Positions 38,745-49,361 of a stretch of 64,000 nt of DNA are shown in pieces. The DNA is taken from positions 64,001 through 128,000 of IMG/VR virus record IMGVR_UViG_3300042973_000021; one strand, written 5' to 3'. The DNA is from a virus. Lineage: Duplodnaviria > Caudoviricetes. The position numbers and the translations under genes are program-made. The notes beneath the pieces are model-generated. The model did no database searches, was not told the origin of the DNA, and saw only the letters and a list, made by a program, of their open reading frames with translations. How positions within the stretch are numbered: position 1 is the stretch's first letter; each line of letters starts with the position of its first letter.

Positions 38745-38885
38745 TTTGACTCCTTTGGTTTTCAAAATTTGGCTTTGAAAAATCCGCAGGAGCCGGTTTT
38801 CTTTTATCCGCAGAGCAGAAAAAAAAGACGGGCAGGAAACACTTTCAAAGTGTTTATCCTGTCCGTCTAGCGGCTCTGCGGATTA
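38745..38885 (-). promoter_or_regulatory. Structured leader: intrinsic terminator with alternative pairings
   Basis: Long hairpin 38826-38868 followed by U-run; flanking ATCCGCAGAGC segment complementary to two downstream segments. Confidence 0.6.
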
Positions 38886-38912
38886 TTTCGTATAATTGCT
38901 TGATTACTAGTC

Positions 38913-39062
38913 TTAAACTGCCTCAGAGTTAATAACTTTCATGGTGCCATCTTCCATGAACTGAATAACGGTCTTAAACCCTCTCTGAACAATTTCAACT
39001 ATTTTATTTGAAGCATCTGCTCGACAAACTGTCTTACCATTACCATTCTTAATCACTTCCAT
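38913..39062 (-). CDS. Small hypothetical protein (49 aa; not in ORF track)
   Basis: GGAGGTG RBS; MEVIKNGNGKTVCRADASNKIVEIVQRGFKTVIQFMEDGTMKVINSEAV. Confidence 0.6.
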   Translation of the reverse strand: MEVIKNGNGKTVCRADASNKIVEIVQRGFKTVIQFMEDGTMKVINSEAV

Positions 39063-39140
39063 GCCCTCACCTCCGTTTCACTTAATAAAGATAATTTGTT
39101 TTTATTCGCGCAGTATATTGATGCGTTCGCAAATATAAAA

Positions 39141-39169
39141 TTGAAATTTGCGAAAATACGTGATATAAT
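39141..39169 (+). promoter_or_regulatory. SigA promoter of defence operon, overlapped by inverted repeat
   Basis: TTGAAA-17-TATAAT with extended TG; IR TTCGCAAAT...ATTTGCGAA at 39126-39154. Confidence 0.75.
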
Positions 39170-39312
39170 TGTAAAAAGTTGTGTACATTACAGATGGACT
39201 GTACAGTGTCAACTTCCTTTGAAACAATTGTAGTAAAAATAAAAAAACCATCTCTAACAGATGGGTACAGATGGATACAACCGGATACAAAGCATGAAGG
39301 AGGTAATTTCTA

Positions 39313-40467
39313 TTGATATTGACATTTAGCGAATTCGCACAAATCCTGTTGCCCATATTAGGTTCTGGGGCAAATACTGCAGAATTTACTAAAGAGTTGT
39401 TCTCTAATATCACTACTTTTCCAGATGATATGGATGGAGATTACAACCCTATTCATGACGTTACAAGTTCAGCTCTAAAAAGCTATTTTAATGGCACTAG
39501 GCCTATTTCATCTATGGCGAAAAAAATTAATAAATACATAGATATAGATAAGTTTGAGAACTATATTAATTCGGCAAATGAAGACGCTCAAAGCTCCTTA
39601 GGTAGTAAACTTTCGGAGTATTTTCCAGACATTAATGCGTTCAATACGCCTGAAAAGTGCGCTAAAATTTTCAAAGATATTCTTATTGAAAGTGCAACAC
39701 CAGGAAAAAACAAAAAAGCCACTTCTACCTCAAGTAAAAGTGGCCAATTAATAAGTGTTGACGTTCTAAAAAATGAATTTGGTCTACGTCTAATTTTAGA
39801 GTCAAATGGTATTTGCCCCAACGATAATTGCTATCAACCTCTGTATGTTACGAGCAACAATGGTAAGACAGCAGCTAATTACGAAATTGCTCAAATCGAT
39901 CCAAAATTGAAACCTGATAGCTATGAAAACCTTATTGCTTTGTGTCCAAAATGTAAAAATAAGTATTTGTTATCTCCAAGTCAAGATGATATTAAACGCA
40001 TGGCAGATATTAAAAGACATCTTATGCTAGAAGCTAATGCTATTGAAGCTTTGGCTGATTCAAAGATAGAAGAGGGCGTAAATAGAGTTTTAAGAAAAAT
40101 AAGCACTACTCCATTCACAGAATTGATTCCTTTAAACTACGATCCAGTTGAAGTAAAAAGAAAGATTAAGAGAGACAATGTCCCTCTTTTTATCAAAATT
40201 CAAAGCAGTGTTAATATCTACTATCTTTATGTTGAGAATTTATTTCAACAGTTGAGTAAAGAAGGTCAATTACGGTTTGAGCCATTCTCCATGCAAGTGA
40301 AATTAAATTACTGGAATCTACGTGATCAGGGTTTATCACAATCTGATATCTATTATAAATTAGTTGATTGGCTTGCTAAAAACACAAATGAAAGTAAAGA
40401 ACCGTGCGAAGTGATTATTTCATATTTCGTACAGAAGTGCGAGGTGTTCGATGTTATTGCCGAATAA
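39313..40467 (+). CDS. Lamassu/ABC-three-component effector (HNH-like domain + ABC-3C C-terminal domain)
   Basis: CPNDNC...NLIALCPKC; C-terminal K...N / IISYFVQKCEVF; first gene of overlapping triad. Confidence 0.75.
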   Translation: MILTFSEFAQILLPILGSGANTAEFTKELFSNITTFPDDMDGDYNPIHDVTSSALKSYFNGTRPISSMAKKINKYIDIDKFENYINSANEDAQSSLGSKLSEYFPDINAFNTPEKCAKIFKDILIESATPGKNKKATSTSSKSGQLISVDVLKNEFGLRLILESNGICPNDNCYQPLYVTSNNGKTAANYEIAQIDPKLKPDSYENLIALCPKCKNKYLLSPSQDDIKRMADIKRHLMLEANAIEALADSKIEEGVNRVLRKISTTPFTELIPLNYDPVEVKRKIKRDNVPLFIKIQSSVNIYYLYVENLFQQLSKEGQLRFEPFSMQVKLNYWNLRDQGLSQSDIYYKLVDWLAKNTNESKEPCEVIISYFVQKCEVFDVIAE

Positions 40468-40678
40468 AATTTTCACATATAACGAAAGTATATTGTCTAA
40501 ATTCCCTTTTGTCCTTAAAGAACTGTCAATTTCTCCACAATCAGTAATAACTCTTTACATGAAGATGCGGCCTCTGATATCTGATGTGGGCGAATATATA
40601 GAAATCCTCGATTCTCTTTATGCATTACAGAAGATTGAATACGACGAAGATCGAGAGGTGTTGATATATGTTAGTTGA
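40451..40678 (+). CDS. ABC-three-component middle component (LmuC-like)
   Basis: 75 aa, MLLPNK..YNES, LDSLYALQKI; between effector and ATPase. Confidence 0.75.
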   Translation: MLLPNKIFTYNESILSKFPFVLKELSISPQSVITLYMKMRPLISDVGEYIEILDSLYALQKIEYDEDREVLIYVS

Positions 40679-42320
40679 AATACATTGTGATGAATTTATG
40701 TCCTATGGAAAACCCCGAAAACCTATCATTTTCCATGAAGGACTTAATACTGTGCTCGGCGGCCAATCAGCAGATAATTCTATTGGTAAATCTACGTTCC
40801 TTCTAATCATAGATTATGTTTTTGGAGGCGATACTTACAAGTATTCAGATGCTGCACACAAACTGAAAAACCACTTTATTAAATTTGCTTTTAAGTTTGA
40901 TAATCAACACTATTATTTTTGTAGAGATATTGTTGACAGTGAGGAGGTTTCTGTTTGCGATAAAAACTATAATATTCAAAAAACTATACCACTTCAGGAG
41001 TTTAAAGATTTTCTATTTTCAAAATACAATATTAATCTTCCTCATGTTACTTTTAGAGATGTTGTCGGACGCTATTTCAGAATTTACGGTAAAGATAATC
41101 ATTCTGAGAAAAAGCCTCTCCACTCAACCAGCTCAGAACCAGCTGAAAAGGCAATCACTGCTTTAGAAAAACTTTTTAATGTTTTTGATAGAATTCAAGA
41201 ATATAAAACGGTTGAGTCAATGAAGAAAGATAAGTTTGCAACATTTAAAAAGGCAAGGAAATTTGAGCTTTTGCCCTTCTCAATTACAACAAAACGTCAG
41301 TATAAAGAAAATGAAAAGGAAATTGCAAGATTACGGGAAGCTTTAGTTAATCTCACAGAACAAATAGACAAAGATTTATCACATGATGATCTAGTCCATG
41401 CGGAAGAAGCGTCAGCCATAAAAGCTGAAATAACCTCTATTAAGAGGCAGAGAAGCAGACTATTATCTCAACTTAAAGTTGTAACAAAAAACTTGAGTGG
41501 CGAACGCGTTATATCTGAAAGCGATATAGTTGAATTAGCGCAATTCTTTCCAGAGGCGGATATAAGAAAAATTAAAGATATTAACAGATTTCATGGTAAG
41601 ATGCAGCAAATATTAAGCGACGAAATGACTGAAGAGGCGGAAAGATTGCGGGTATTAATTGAGTCTACTGAAATAGAAATATCTAGACTTGAAGATGATT
41701 TACGGAAACTTGGTATTCCTGCTAATCTTTCAAAGCGTTTTTTAGAAAATTATTCAGAAATAGAACGAAAAATCAATATGCTGGAAGCACAAAATAGTGC
41801 CTATATTAATTCAACTAATCTAAAGGAGGAGGTAAAAATAGCCTCTGAAAATCTTAGAATAGCCCAAGAAAAAGAACTGCGTTTTATAGAGAGCGAAATT
41901 AATGAGCAGATGGTCCGTTTCAATGATTTTATTTATGATGAAACCCGTAAGGCTCCTGTTATTGATTTGGATAATGGAAAGAGATATGAATTTTACACTC
42001 CTGATGATACCGGTACGGGGACTTCATTTAAAAGCCTTATTATTTTTGACTTGAGCATTCTTAAATTAACTCCACTACCTGCTATTGCTCACGATTCTCT
42101 AATTTTTAAAAACATAGGTGATGCTCCGATTGACAAGATAATGGAGTTGTACATGCAAAGTAAAAAACAGATTTTCATCTCTCTTGATAAAGATGGTGCT
42201 TACTCTGAAAAAACAAGGTCTATACTTAACAAAACAGCCGTATTGCATCTTAATGAAGGCGGCGATGAATTATTTGGTCGCTCTTGGAACAAAAAAGATT
42301 CGACCCAAGGAGGCTTATAA
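40668..42320 (+). CDS. SMC-like ABC ATPase, DUF2326 (LmuB-like)
   Basis: Walker A NSIGKST, central coiled coil, GTG signature, Walker B AIAHDS. Confidence 0.85.
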   Translation: MLVEIHCDEFMSYGKPRKPIIFHEGLNTVLGGQSADNSIGKSTFLLIIDYVFGGDTYKYSDAAHKLKNHFIKFAFKFDNQHYYFCRDIVDSEEVSVCDKNYNIQKTIPLQEFKDFLFSKYNINLPHVTFRDVVGRYFRIYGKDNHSEKKPLHSTSSEPAEKAITALEKLFNVFDRIQEYKTVESMKKDKFATFKKARKFELLPFSITTKRQYKENEKEIARLREALVNLTEQIDKDLSHDDLVHAEEASAIKAEITSIKRQRSRLLSQLKVVTKNLSGERVISESDIVELAQFFPEADIRKIKDINRFHGKMQQILSDEMTEEAERLRVLIESTEIEISRLEDDLRKLGIPANLSKRFLENYSEIERKINMLEAQNSAYINSTNLKEEVKIASENLRIAQEKELRFIESEINEQMVRFNDFIYDETRKAPVIDLDNGKRYEFYTPDDTGTGTSFKSLIIFDLSILKLTPLPAIAHDSLIFKNIGDAPIDKIMELYMQSKKQIFISLDKDGAYSEKTRSILNKTAVLHLNEGGDELFGRSWNKKDSTQGGL

Positions 42321-42532
42321 TGTATATAAGTTATAACAAACTATGGAAGCTGCTAATTGACAAAAATATGAATAAGCAAGATCTAAAAAAACTTAGCGGT
42401 GTTAGTTCTGCCTCTATTGCAAAACTAGGTAAAGGCGAAAACATCACTACAGATGTATTAGTTAAAATCTGTAAAGCACTTGATTGTGATATCACAGATA
42501 TTATGGAGTTAATTCACGAAGAGAAGAAATGA
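42320..42532 (+). CDS. Cro/C1-type HTH regulator
   Basis: ISYNKLWKLLID, SIAKLGKGENI, KICKALDC; ATG overlaps upstream TAA. Confidence 0.88.
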   Translation: MYISYNKLWKLLIDKNMNKQDLKKLSGVSSASIAKLGKGENITTDVLVKICKALDCDITDIMELIHEEKK

Positions 42533-42572
42533 ACATTCAACAACAAAGAAATATGGAAAGGAAGCGTTTTAT

Positions 42573-44399
42573 ATAGATAACCAAACCTATAATTCAATAG
42601 TAAACTTTATTTGGGGAATAGCCGACGATTGTCTGCGAGACGTATATGTACGAGGTAAATATAGAGATGTAATCCTGCCTATGACAGTAATCCGCAGATT
42701 AGATGCTGTATTAGAGGAAACTAAACCTGCTGTTCTTGAAATGAAAAAGAAACTAGACGAGGCAGGTATCACCAATCAGACTGCTGCACTATGCAATGCT
42801 GCTGGACAGTCATTTTGCAACAGTTCACCTTTTTGCTTGCGTGATTTAACCTCTAGAGCAAAGAAACAAACTTTAAAGGCAGATTTTATAGCGTATTTGG
42901 ATGGTTTCTCTCCTAATGTTCAGGAGATATTAGATAAATTCAAATTCCGCAACCAGATAGACACTATGATCGATGCAGATATACTTGGTGCTGTTATCGA
43001 AAAATTTGTATCACCTACAATCAATTTAAGTCCCAACCCGGTTTATAAAGATGATGAAAAAAAGGAAATTCGTCTACCAGGTCTTGATAACCATACCATG
43101 GGGGTAATATTTGAAGAACTTATTCGCCGCTTTAATGAAGAAAACAATGAAGAGGCCGGAGAACACTTTACCCCTCGTGATGTTGTCGAATTAATGGCCG
43201 ATCTTATTTTTGTACCAGTAGCGGATAAAATTAAGGATGCAACTTATTCATGCTATGATGGGGCTTGCGGTACAGGTGGTATGCTTACCGTAGCCCAAGA
43301 CCGTCTGATGGAGCTTGCTGAAAAAGCTGGCAAGAAAGTATCTATTCATCTTTTTGGCCAGGAAATAAATCCAGAAACGTATGCTATAGCTAAGTCTGAT
43401 TTATTATTACAAGGACAAGGAGATCAAGCAGACCATATTGGGTTTGGTTCCACCCTCTCTAACGACCAATTTCCTACCTACCAGTTCGACTTCATGCTAA
43501 GTAATCCACCGTATGGTAAATCATGGAAAGTTGATGCGGATAAGCTCGGTGGCAAGAAAGATATTATGGACAGTCGTTTTGTGACCAACTTTAGTGATGA
43601 TCCTAATTTCAGTATGATTCCAAGAACAAGTGACGGACAGTTACTTTTCCTACTAAACAATGTTGCAAAAATGAAGAAAACTACCGAGTTAGGTAGCCGT
43701 ATCGCAGAAGTGCATAATGGTTCCTCCTTATTTACAGGTGATGCCGGACAAGGTGAAAGTAATGCCCGACGCTATATGATAGAGAACGACCTTGTAGAGG
43801 CGATTATTGCGCTACCAGAAAATATGTTCTATAACACAGGAATTGGCACTTTTATTTGGATTCTTTCTAACAATAAAGCTGAACACAGAAAGGGTAAGAT
43901 CCAACTTATAGATGCTACTTCTTTAAAGTCGCCTCTTCGTAAAAACCTTGGGAAAAAGAACTGTGAATTCACTTCTGAGATTAGGCGCCAGATTTTGGAT
44001 TTATATATGGCTTTTGAAGAAAATGAGTATAGCAAAATTTTTGATAACAACGAGTTTGGTTATTGGAAAGTAACTGTTCTTCGCCCTGCATACAACGAAG
44101 ATGGCACTATTAAAAAAGATAAAAAAGGAAAACCTGTTGTAAATAAAGAGCTAACAGATACAGAACAAATACCTTTTACCTATGAAGGTGGCATCGAAGC
44201 ATTCTTTGAAAAAGAAGTAAAGCCCTTTGCTCCCGATGCCTGGATTGACGAAAAGCAGACAAAAATTGGTTATGAAATTAGTTTTACAAAATATTTCTAT
44301 AAACCGATTCAGCTACGAACACTAGAAGAAATAACAGCAGACATTCGTTCACTCGAAGAAGAGACAGACGGATTACTTGCTGAGATTATAGGGGGTTGA
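42573..44399 (+). CDS. hsdM: Type I R-M methyltransferase subunit (apparent start codon is ATA)
   Basis: FIWGIADD..LR N-terminus upstream of first ATG; GEHFTPR, YDGACGTGGM, NPPY motifs. Confidence 0.9.
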   Translation: MDNQTYNSIVNFIWGIADDCLRDVYVRGKYRDVILPMTVIRRLDAVLEETKPAVLEMKKKLDEAGITNQTAALCNAAGQSFCNSSPFCLRDLTSRAKKQTLKADFIAYLDGFSPNVQEILDKFKFRNQIDTMIDADILGAVIEKFVSPTINLSPNPVYKDDEKKEIRLPGLDNHTMGVIFEELIRRFNEENNEEAGEHFTPRDVVELMADLIFVPVADKIKDATYSCYDGACGTGGMLTVAQDRLMELAEKAGKKVSIHLFGQEINPETYAIAKSDLLLQGQGDQADHIGFGSTLSNDQFPTYQFDFMLSNPPYGKSWKVDADKLGGKKDIMDSRFVTNFSDDPNFSMIPRTSDGQLLFLLNNVAKMKKTTELGSRIAEVHNGSSLFTGDAGQGESNARRYMIENDLVEAIIALPENMFYNTGIGTFIWILSNNKAEHRKGKIQLIDATSLKSPLRKNLGKKNCEFTSEIRRQILDLYMAFEENEYSKIFDNNEFGYWKVTVLRPAYNEDGTIKKDKKGKPVVNKELTDTEQIPFTYEGGIEAFFEKEVKPFAPDAWIDEKQTKIGYEISFTKYFYKPIQLRTLEEITADIRSLEEETDGLLAEIIGG

Positions 44400-44403
44400 G
44401 AGA

Positions 44404-45771
44404 ATGTTGAAACCCTATAAGGAATATAGATATTTCGGGTTACCTTGGTTAGAAGAAGTTCCTAGCCACTGGGCTATACTGCGTAATAAAAATGTGCTAA
44501 TTGAAAAGAAAGAAGTTGTAGGTAGTTCAGCAAATAATTATTTACTTCTTTCCTTAACTCTTAATGGCGTTATAGCACGTGATATGATAAATGCAAAAGG
44601 TAAATTTCCAAAAGACTTTAATACCTATAAAGTAGTAGAACCAGGCAATCTTATCTTTTGTTTATTCGATATTGATGAAACACCAAGAACCGTCGGTTTA
44701 TCACCCTTAAATGGAATGATAACCGGAGCGTATGATGTTTTTCAACCCGTTAATATCAATGGTAAATATTTATATTATTATTACCTTTCAATTGATAACG
44801 TCAAAGGGCTGAAGCCTTTATATACAGGATTGCGAAAAGTCATAAACATACAGACATTTTTAGGAACAAAACTACCTGTTCCTCCTAAGGAAGAGCAGGA
44901 CCAAATTGTGCGTTTTCTCGATTGGAAGCTTTCAAAAATTAATAAACTAATTCGAGCAAAGAAAAAGCAGATTGCATTATTAAACGAACAGAAGCAGGTT
45001 ATTATCAATAACGCTGTCACAAAAGGCGTTGATCCTAATGTACCAATGAAAGATAGTGGGATTGAATGGATTAATCAAATTCCGGGGCATTGGAGTGTTC
45101 TTTATTTATCACAAACAGCAACTGAACAAAAAATATCAAATAAAGATTTTAACAACCAAAACCTACTGTCTTTAAGTTATGGAAAAATTATAAATAAAGA
45201 TATTAATAAAACGGATGGCTTGCTTCCAACCTCTTTCGAGACATACCAGGTTGTCCATGATGGGAATATCATTCTAAGATTAACAGATTTGCAAAATGAC
45301 CACAAAAGTTTACGAGTAGGCCTAGCAACTCAAACTGGTATAATTACTTCTGCATATACATGCTTGCTACCTAGAGAAAGTATTTCCCCTGAATTTTTGT
45401 ATTTATTATTGCATTCATACGATGTATGCAAAGTATTTTATGGTATGGGTGGAGGTGTTCGTCAGAGCATAAGTTATAAAGATATACGTAAGTTATTTAT
45501 ACCTGTTCCGCCCTTAGAAGAACAGATACAAATAGCAGAGTTTTGTAAAAACCGAAGCAAGTTTATTGAGAACTTTATTGTTAATATAGAAAAAGAAATA
45601 CTGTTACTGACCGAATATCGCACTCGCCTTATTTCTGATGTGGTAACGGGAAAAGTCGATGTACTTGATATCGAAATACCTAAATATGAAGCCGACTCTG
45701 ATGATTTTAACGATAACGAAATTGATAATCTCGTCTTTGATGAAGAGGACGGTGAAACGGAGGTGGAATAA
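44404..45771 (+). CDS. hsdM-associated hsdS: Type I R-M specificity subunit
   Basis: Two TRDs, repeated PVPP.EEQ..I, central MKDSGIEW..IP.HW, LISDVVTGK. Confidence 0.92.
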   Translation: MLKPYKEYRYFGLPWLEEVPSHWAILRNKNVLIEKKEVVGSSANNYLLLSLTLNGVIARDMINAKGKFPKDFNTYKVVEPGNLIFCLFDIDETPRTVGLSPLNGMITGAYDVFQPVNINGKYLYYYYLSIDNVKGLKPLYTGLRKVINIQTFLGTKLPVPPKEEQDQIVRFLDWKLSKINKLIRAKKKQIALLNEQKQVIINNAVTKGVDPNVPMKDSGIEWINQIPGHWSVLYLSQTATEQKISNKDFNNQNLLSLSYGKIINKDINKTDGLLPTSFETYQVVHDGNIILRLTDLQNDHKSLRVGLATQTGIITSAYTCLLPRESISPEFLYLLLHSYDVCKVFYGMGGGVRQSISYKDIRKLFIPVPPLEEQIQIAEFCKNRSKFIENFIVNIEKEILLLTEYRTRLISDVVTGKVDVLDIEIPKYEADSDDFNDNEIDNLVFDEEDGETEVE

Positions 45772-45772
45772 C

Positions 45773-46234
45773 ATGAGCGACGATTTTCATATGGAAATAT
45801 CTATACCAGCAGATAACGATGGATATATACTTTTGCAATGCCCCAACTGTGGTACTTTCTTCAAAGCTACTCCTTCTGATATTGAGGACGATGGCGTATT
45901 TGAACTTTTTTGTCCAAGTTGTGGCCTTGTAGGAGAAGACTATATTACAGAGGATGTATTAGAGTTGGCTATGGCAATGGCGCAAAACAAGGCGATGGAC
46001 ATGATCCACGAAGAATTTAAAAAAATGGAGCGTCAATTTAGGAAAGGACCTGTTACTTTTAAGGCTGGAAAACGTCCCAAGCATGAGCCTGAAAATCCAA
46101 TTCGTTCTGGCATTGAAGCTCTAGAAATCGTATCATTTCCGTGTTGCAAGCGCACTGCCAAAGTAAAGCCTATTCTAAGTATGACCGGGTGCTACTGCCC
46201 GTTTTGTGGGGTGAAAAATTATGAAGTTGAATAG
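45773..46234 (+). CDS. Cys-rich zinc-ribbon protein of unknown function
   Basis: CPNC, CPSC, CC, CYCPFC; RBS GGAGG before ATG 45773. Confidence 0.75.
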   Translation: MSDDFHMEISIPADNDGYILLQCPNCGTFFKATPSDIEDDGVFELFCPSCGLVGEDYITEDVLELAMAMAQNKAMDMIHEEFKKMERQFRKGPVTFKAGKRPKHEPENPIRSGIEALEIVSFPCCKRTAKVKPILSMTGCYCPFCGVKNYEVE

Positions 46235-47006
46235 AGCAGACTTAAGAAAAATCATGTATGATTTCAACAGTATTTCTAGTCGTCTTCTACAAGCTGATTT
46301 CAACGACTATACAAATGTGCTATCAAAATTTATTGCATTTATTAAAAATACACCTATTATTATTGATTACATTATAGCTTGTGGAGTTTGTGATCAAGAC
46401 TTGAAACAAGAGTTTGACGAAGTTAGTCGTTCTTACGGAAGATGTATTTTTTCTCTTGGAGATACAGATGAAGAAGAGATTCGAAATGTCTTTGCAATCT
46501 TAAACTATATTGCTGAAAATAACATCGAAATACATCTAGGCGTTGCCTTTGGATATTCGTCTTCAAAAAAATATCAAGACAAAATCAAAGGATTCAACGA
46601 CCGAGTTGTTATGGTATTAATTCACCATATAGAAAGATACTTAACCAAGATAGGAATTGATATGGGAGTTGATGAAAAAATTATTTATTCAATTACAGTA
46701 CAAAATGGACAAGTCAATATTGCCAACGACAATGCTTCCATTTCAGCAACCAATACAGTGGGCATTGATACTACCCAACTTGAAAAGTTGATACAAGCAG
46801 TGAGAAAAACTGCTGATGGTTTATCAAACGAAGATGCTGAAATTTTGAATAGCAATTTAGAAGTTATAGAAGAAGAAGTAAAATCTGAAAACCCTAGAAA
46901 AGGTTTTATAAAAACTGCAGTTTCCGGATTGAAAATGCTAAAAGGAACCGCTGAGTTTGCTGCGGCAATTACGGCGCTAATTCAATTTATTAATCCATTG
47001 TTATAA
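46221..47006 (+). CDS. Hypothetical protein inside R-M operon
   Basis: 261-aa ORF overlapping upstream gene; Asn/Gln-rich linker and helical C-terminus. Confidence 0.8.
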   Translation: MKLNRADLRKIMYDFNSISSRLLQADFNDYTNVLSKFIAFIKNTPIIIDYIIACGVCDQDLKQEFDEVSRSYGRCIFSLGDTDEEEIRNVFAILNYIAENNIEIHLGVAFGYSSSKKYQDKIKGFNDRVVMVLIHHIERYLTKIGIDMGVDEKIIYSITVQNGQVNIANDNASISATNTVGIDTTQLEKLIQAVRKTADGLSNEDAEILNSNLEVIEEEVKSENPRKGFIKTAVSGLKMLKGTAEFAAAITALIQFINPLL

Positions 47007-49361
47007 CAAGAACGGAGGTGGAATAAATGACTGCTACTAATACACGAGAAAGTGGTCTGGAATCTTTGATTGTAGATTGGCTTGTAAATCAAAACGGTTA
47101 TGAGCAAGGAAGCAATGCTGACTATAACCGAGACTATGCTATTGATGAAACACGTCTATTCCGTTTTCTTTCAGCGACGCAGCCGGATGAAATGGAAAAG
47201 CTCGGTGTATTTAAAAGCGACTTAAAAAAGTCTCAGTTTCTAAACCGACTGCGTGGTGAAATAGCAAAACGCGGAATTATTGATGTACTTCGTAATGGAA
47301 TTAAGGTTTATCCTGCCGACCTGGTTATGTTTTATCTAACACCAAGTGAGAAGAACATAAAAGCAAAAGCGCTATTTGAGCAAAATATTTTCAGCGTTAC
47401 ACGACAACTCCAATATTCAAAGGATGCGACTCGTCTTGCCCTTGATCTGTGCATTTTTATCAATGGCTTGCCGGTTATAACATGCGAGCTTAAAAATCAA
47501 CTTACAAAGCAGAATGTTGATGATGCAGTATATCAATATAAAACCGATCGTGATCCAAAGGAACTGCTTTTCCAGTTTAAACGCTGCATGGTTCATTTTG
47601 CAGTAGATGATGCAAGAGTCAAGTTCTGTACTAAGCTTGATGGCAAAGCTTCCTGGTTCTTGCCATTTGACAAAGGGTACAATGATGGAGCCGGCAACCC
47701 TCCAAATTCTTCTGGTATAATGACAGATTATTTATGGAAGGATATCCTTGAAAAGTATATGCTTGCACATATAATCGAAAATTACGCTCAAGTTGTTGAA
47801 AAAGTAGACCAGGAAACAAAAAAGAAAACATATACACAAATTTTCCCACGTTACCATCAACTGTCTGCTGTTGAAAGTCTCCTCGCAGATGTACGCCACA
47901 ATGGTGTTGGCCAGAGATACCTAATACAACACAGTGCCGGTAGTGGAAAATCAAATTCTATTGCATGGCTGGCTCATCAACTCGTAGGACTCGAAAAGAA
48001 TGGCAAAGCCATCATTGACTCTGTGGTAATTGTTACAGACCGTGTAATACTTGATAAACAAATTCGGGATACGATAAAACAGTTTATGCAGGTTTCTAGC
48101 ACAGTAGCATGGGCAGAACACTCTGATGATTTAAGGAAAGCAATCAATGGCGGTAAGAAGATTATAATAACTACTGTACATAAGTTCCCTATTATTCTTG
48201 ATAGTATTGGCTCAGAACACAAAGGGCGCTCTTTCGCCATAATTATTGACGAGGCCCATTCATCACAAAGCGGTAACATGTCGGCTAAGATGAATATTGT
48301 ATTATCAGGTGAAGTTACTGGAGAAGAGGAAGATTTTGAAGATAAAATCAACCGTCTTATGGAAGGGCGCAAAATGCTGAAGAACGCCAGCTATTTTGCA
48401 TTTACCGCTACTCCTAAAAACAAAACCCTTGAAATGTTTGGTATCCCATACCAAGACGGAGATGAAATTAAACATCGTCCGTTCCATGTATATACAATGA
48501 AGCAAGCCATTCAAGAAGGTTTTATTTTAGATGTACTTAAATACTATACCCCTGTAGACAGTTATTACAGGCTTGCTAAAACCATTGAAGATGATCCTTT
48601 ATTTGACAAGAAAAAAGCACAAAAGAAACTCCGTCAATTTGTAGAAAGTAATAAGTTTGCCATATCACAAAAAGCAGAAATCATGGTGAATCACTTTCAT
48701 GATCAGGTTATTTCAAAAGGGAAAATCGGAGGAAAAGCACGAGCTATGGTGGTTACGAGTAGTATAGAGCGCTGTATCGAATACTATTACGCAATTAATA
48801 AATGCCTTGCTGACAGGCGTAGTCCTTATAAAGCTATTATTGCTTTTTCCGGGGAAAAAGAATATGGTGGTAAAACTTTAACCTCTGCAGCAATTAATGG
48901 CTTCCCAGATAATACAATTGAGAAGGTGTTCCGTAAGGATCCATATCGATTTCTTATAGTGGCTGATATGTTCCAAACGGGTTATGATGAACCACTACTC
49001 CATACAATGTACGTTGATAAAATGCTATCTGATATAAAGGCTGTTCAGACTCTATCTCGGCTGAACCGCTCTCATCCGCAGAAACATGATACTTTTGTAC
49101 TTGATTTTGCAAATAAAACAGAGACCATTGAAGCAGCATTCTCAAAATATTATCGGACAACTATTCTGTCTAATGAAACTGATCCGAACAAGCTTTATGA
49201 TCTCATAGCAATTATGGAAGCCCATCAAGTATACGAAAATGGGCATGTTGATTCGCTTGTTGAACTTTACTTAAATGGTGCAGATCGCGATAGGTTAGAT
49301 CCTATCCTCGATGCATGTACTGCTATTTACAAAGAGCTTGATGACGAAGGGAAAATTGAAT

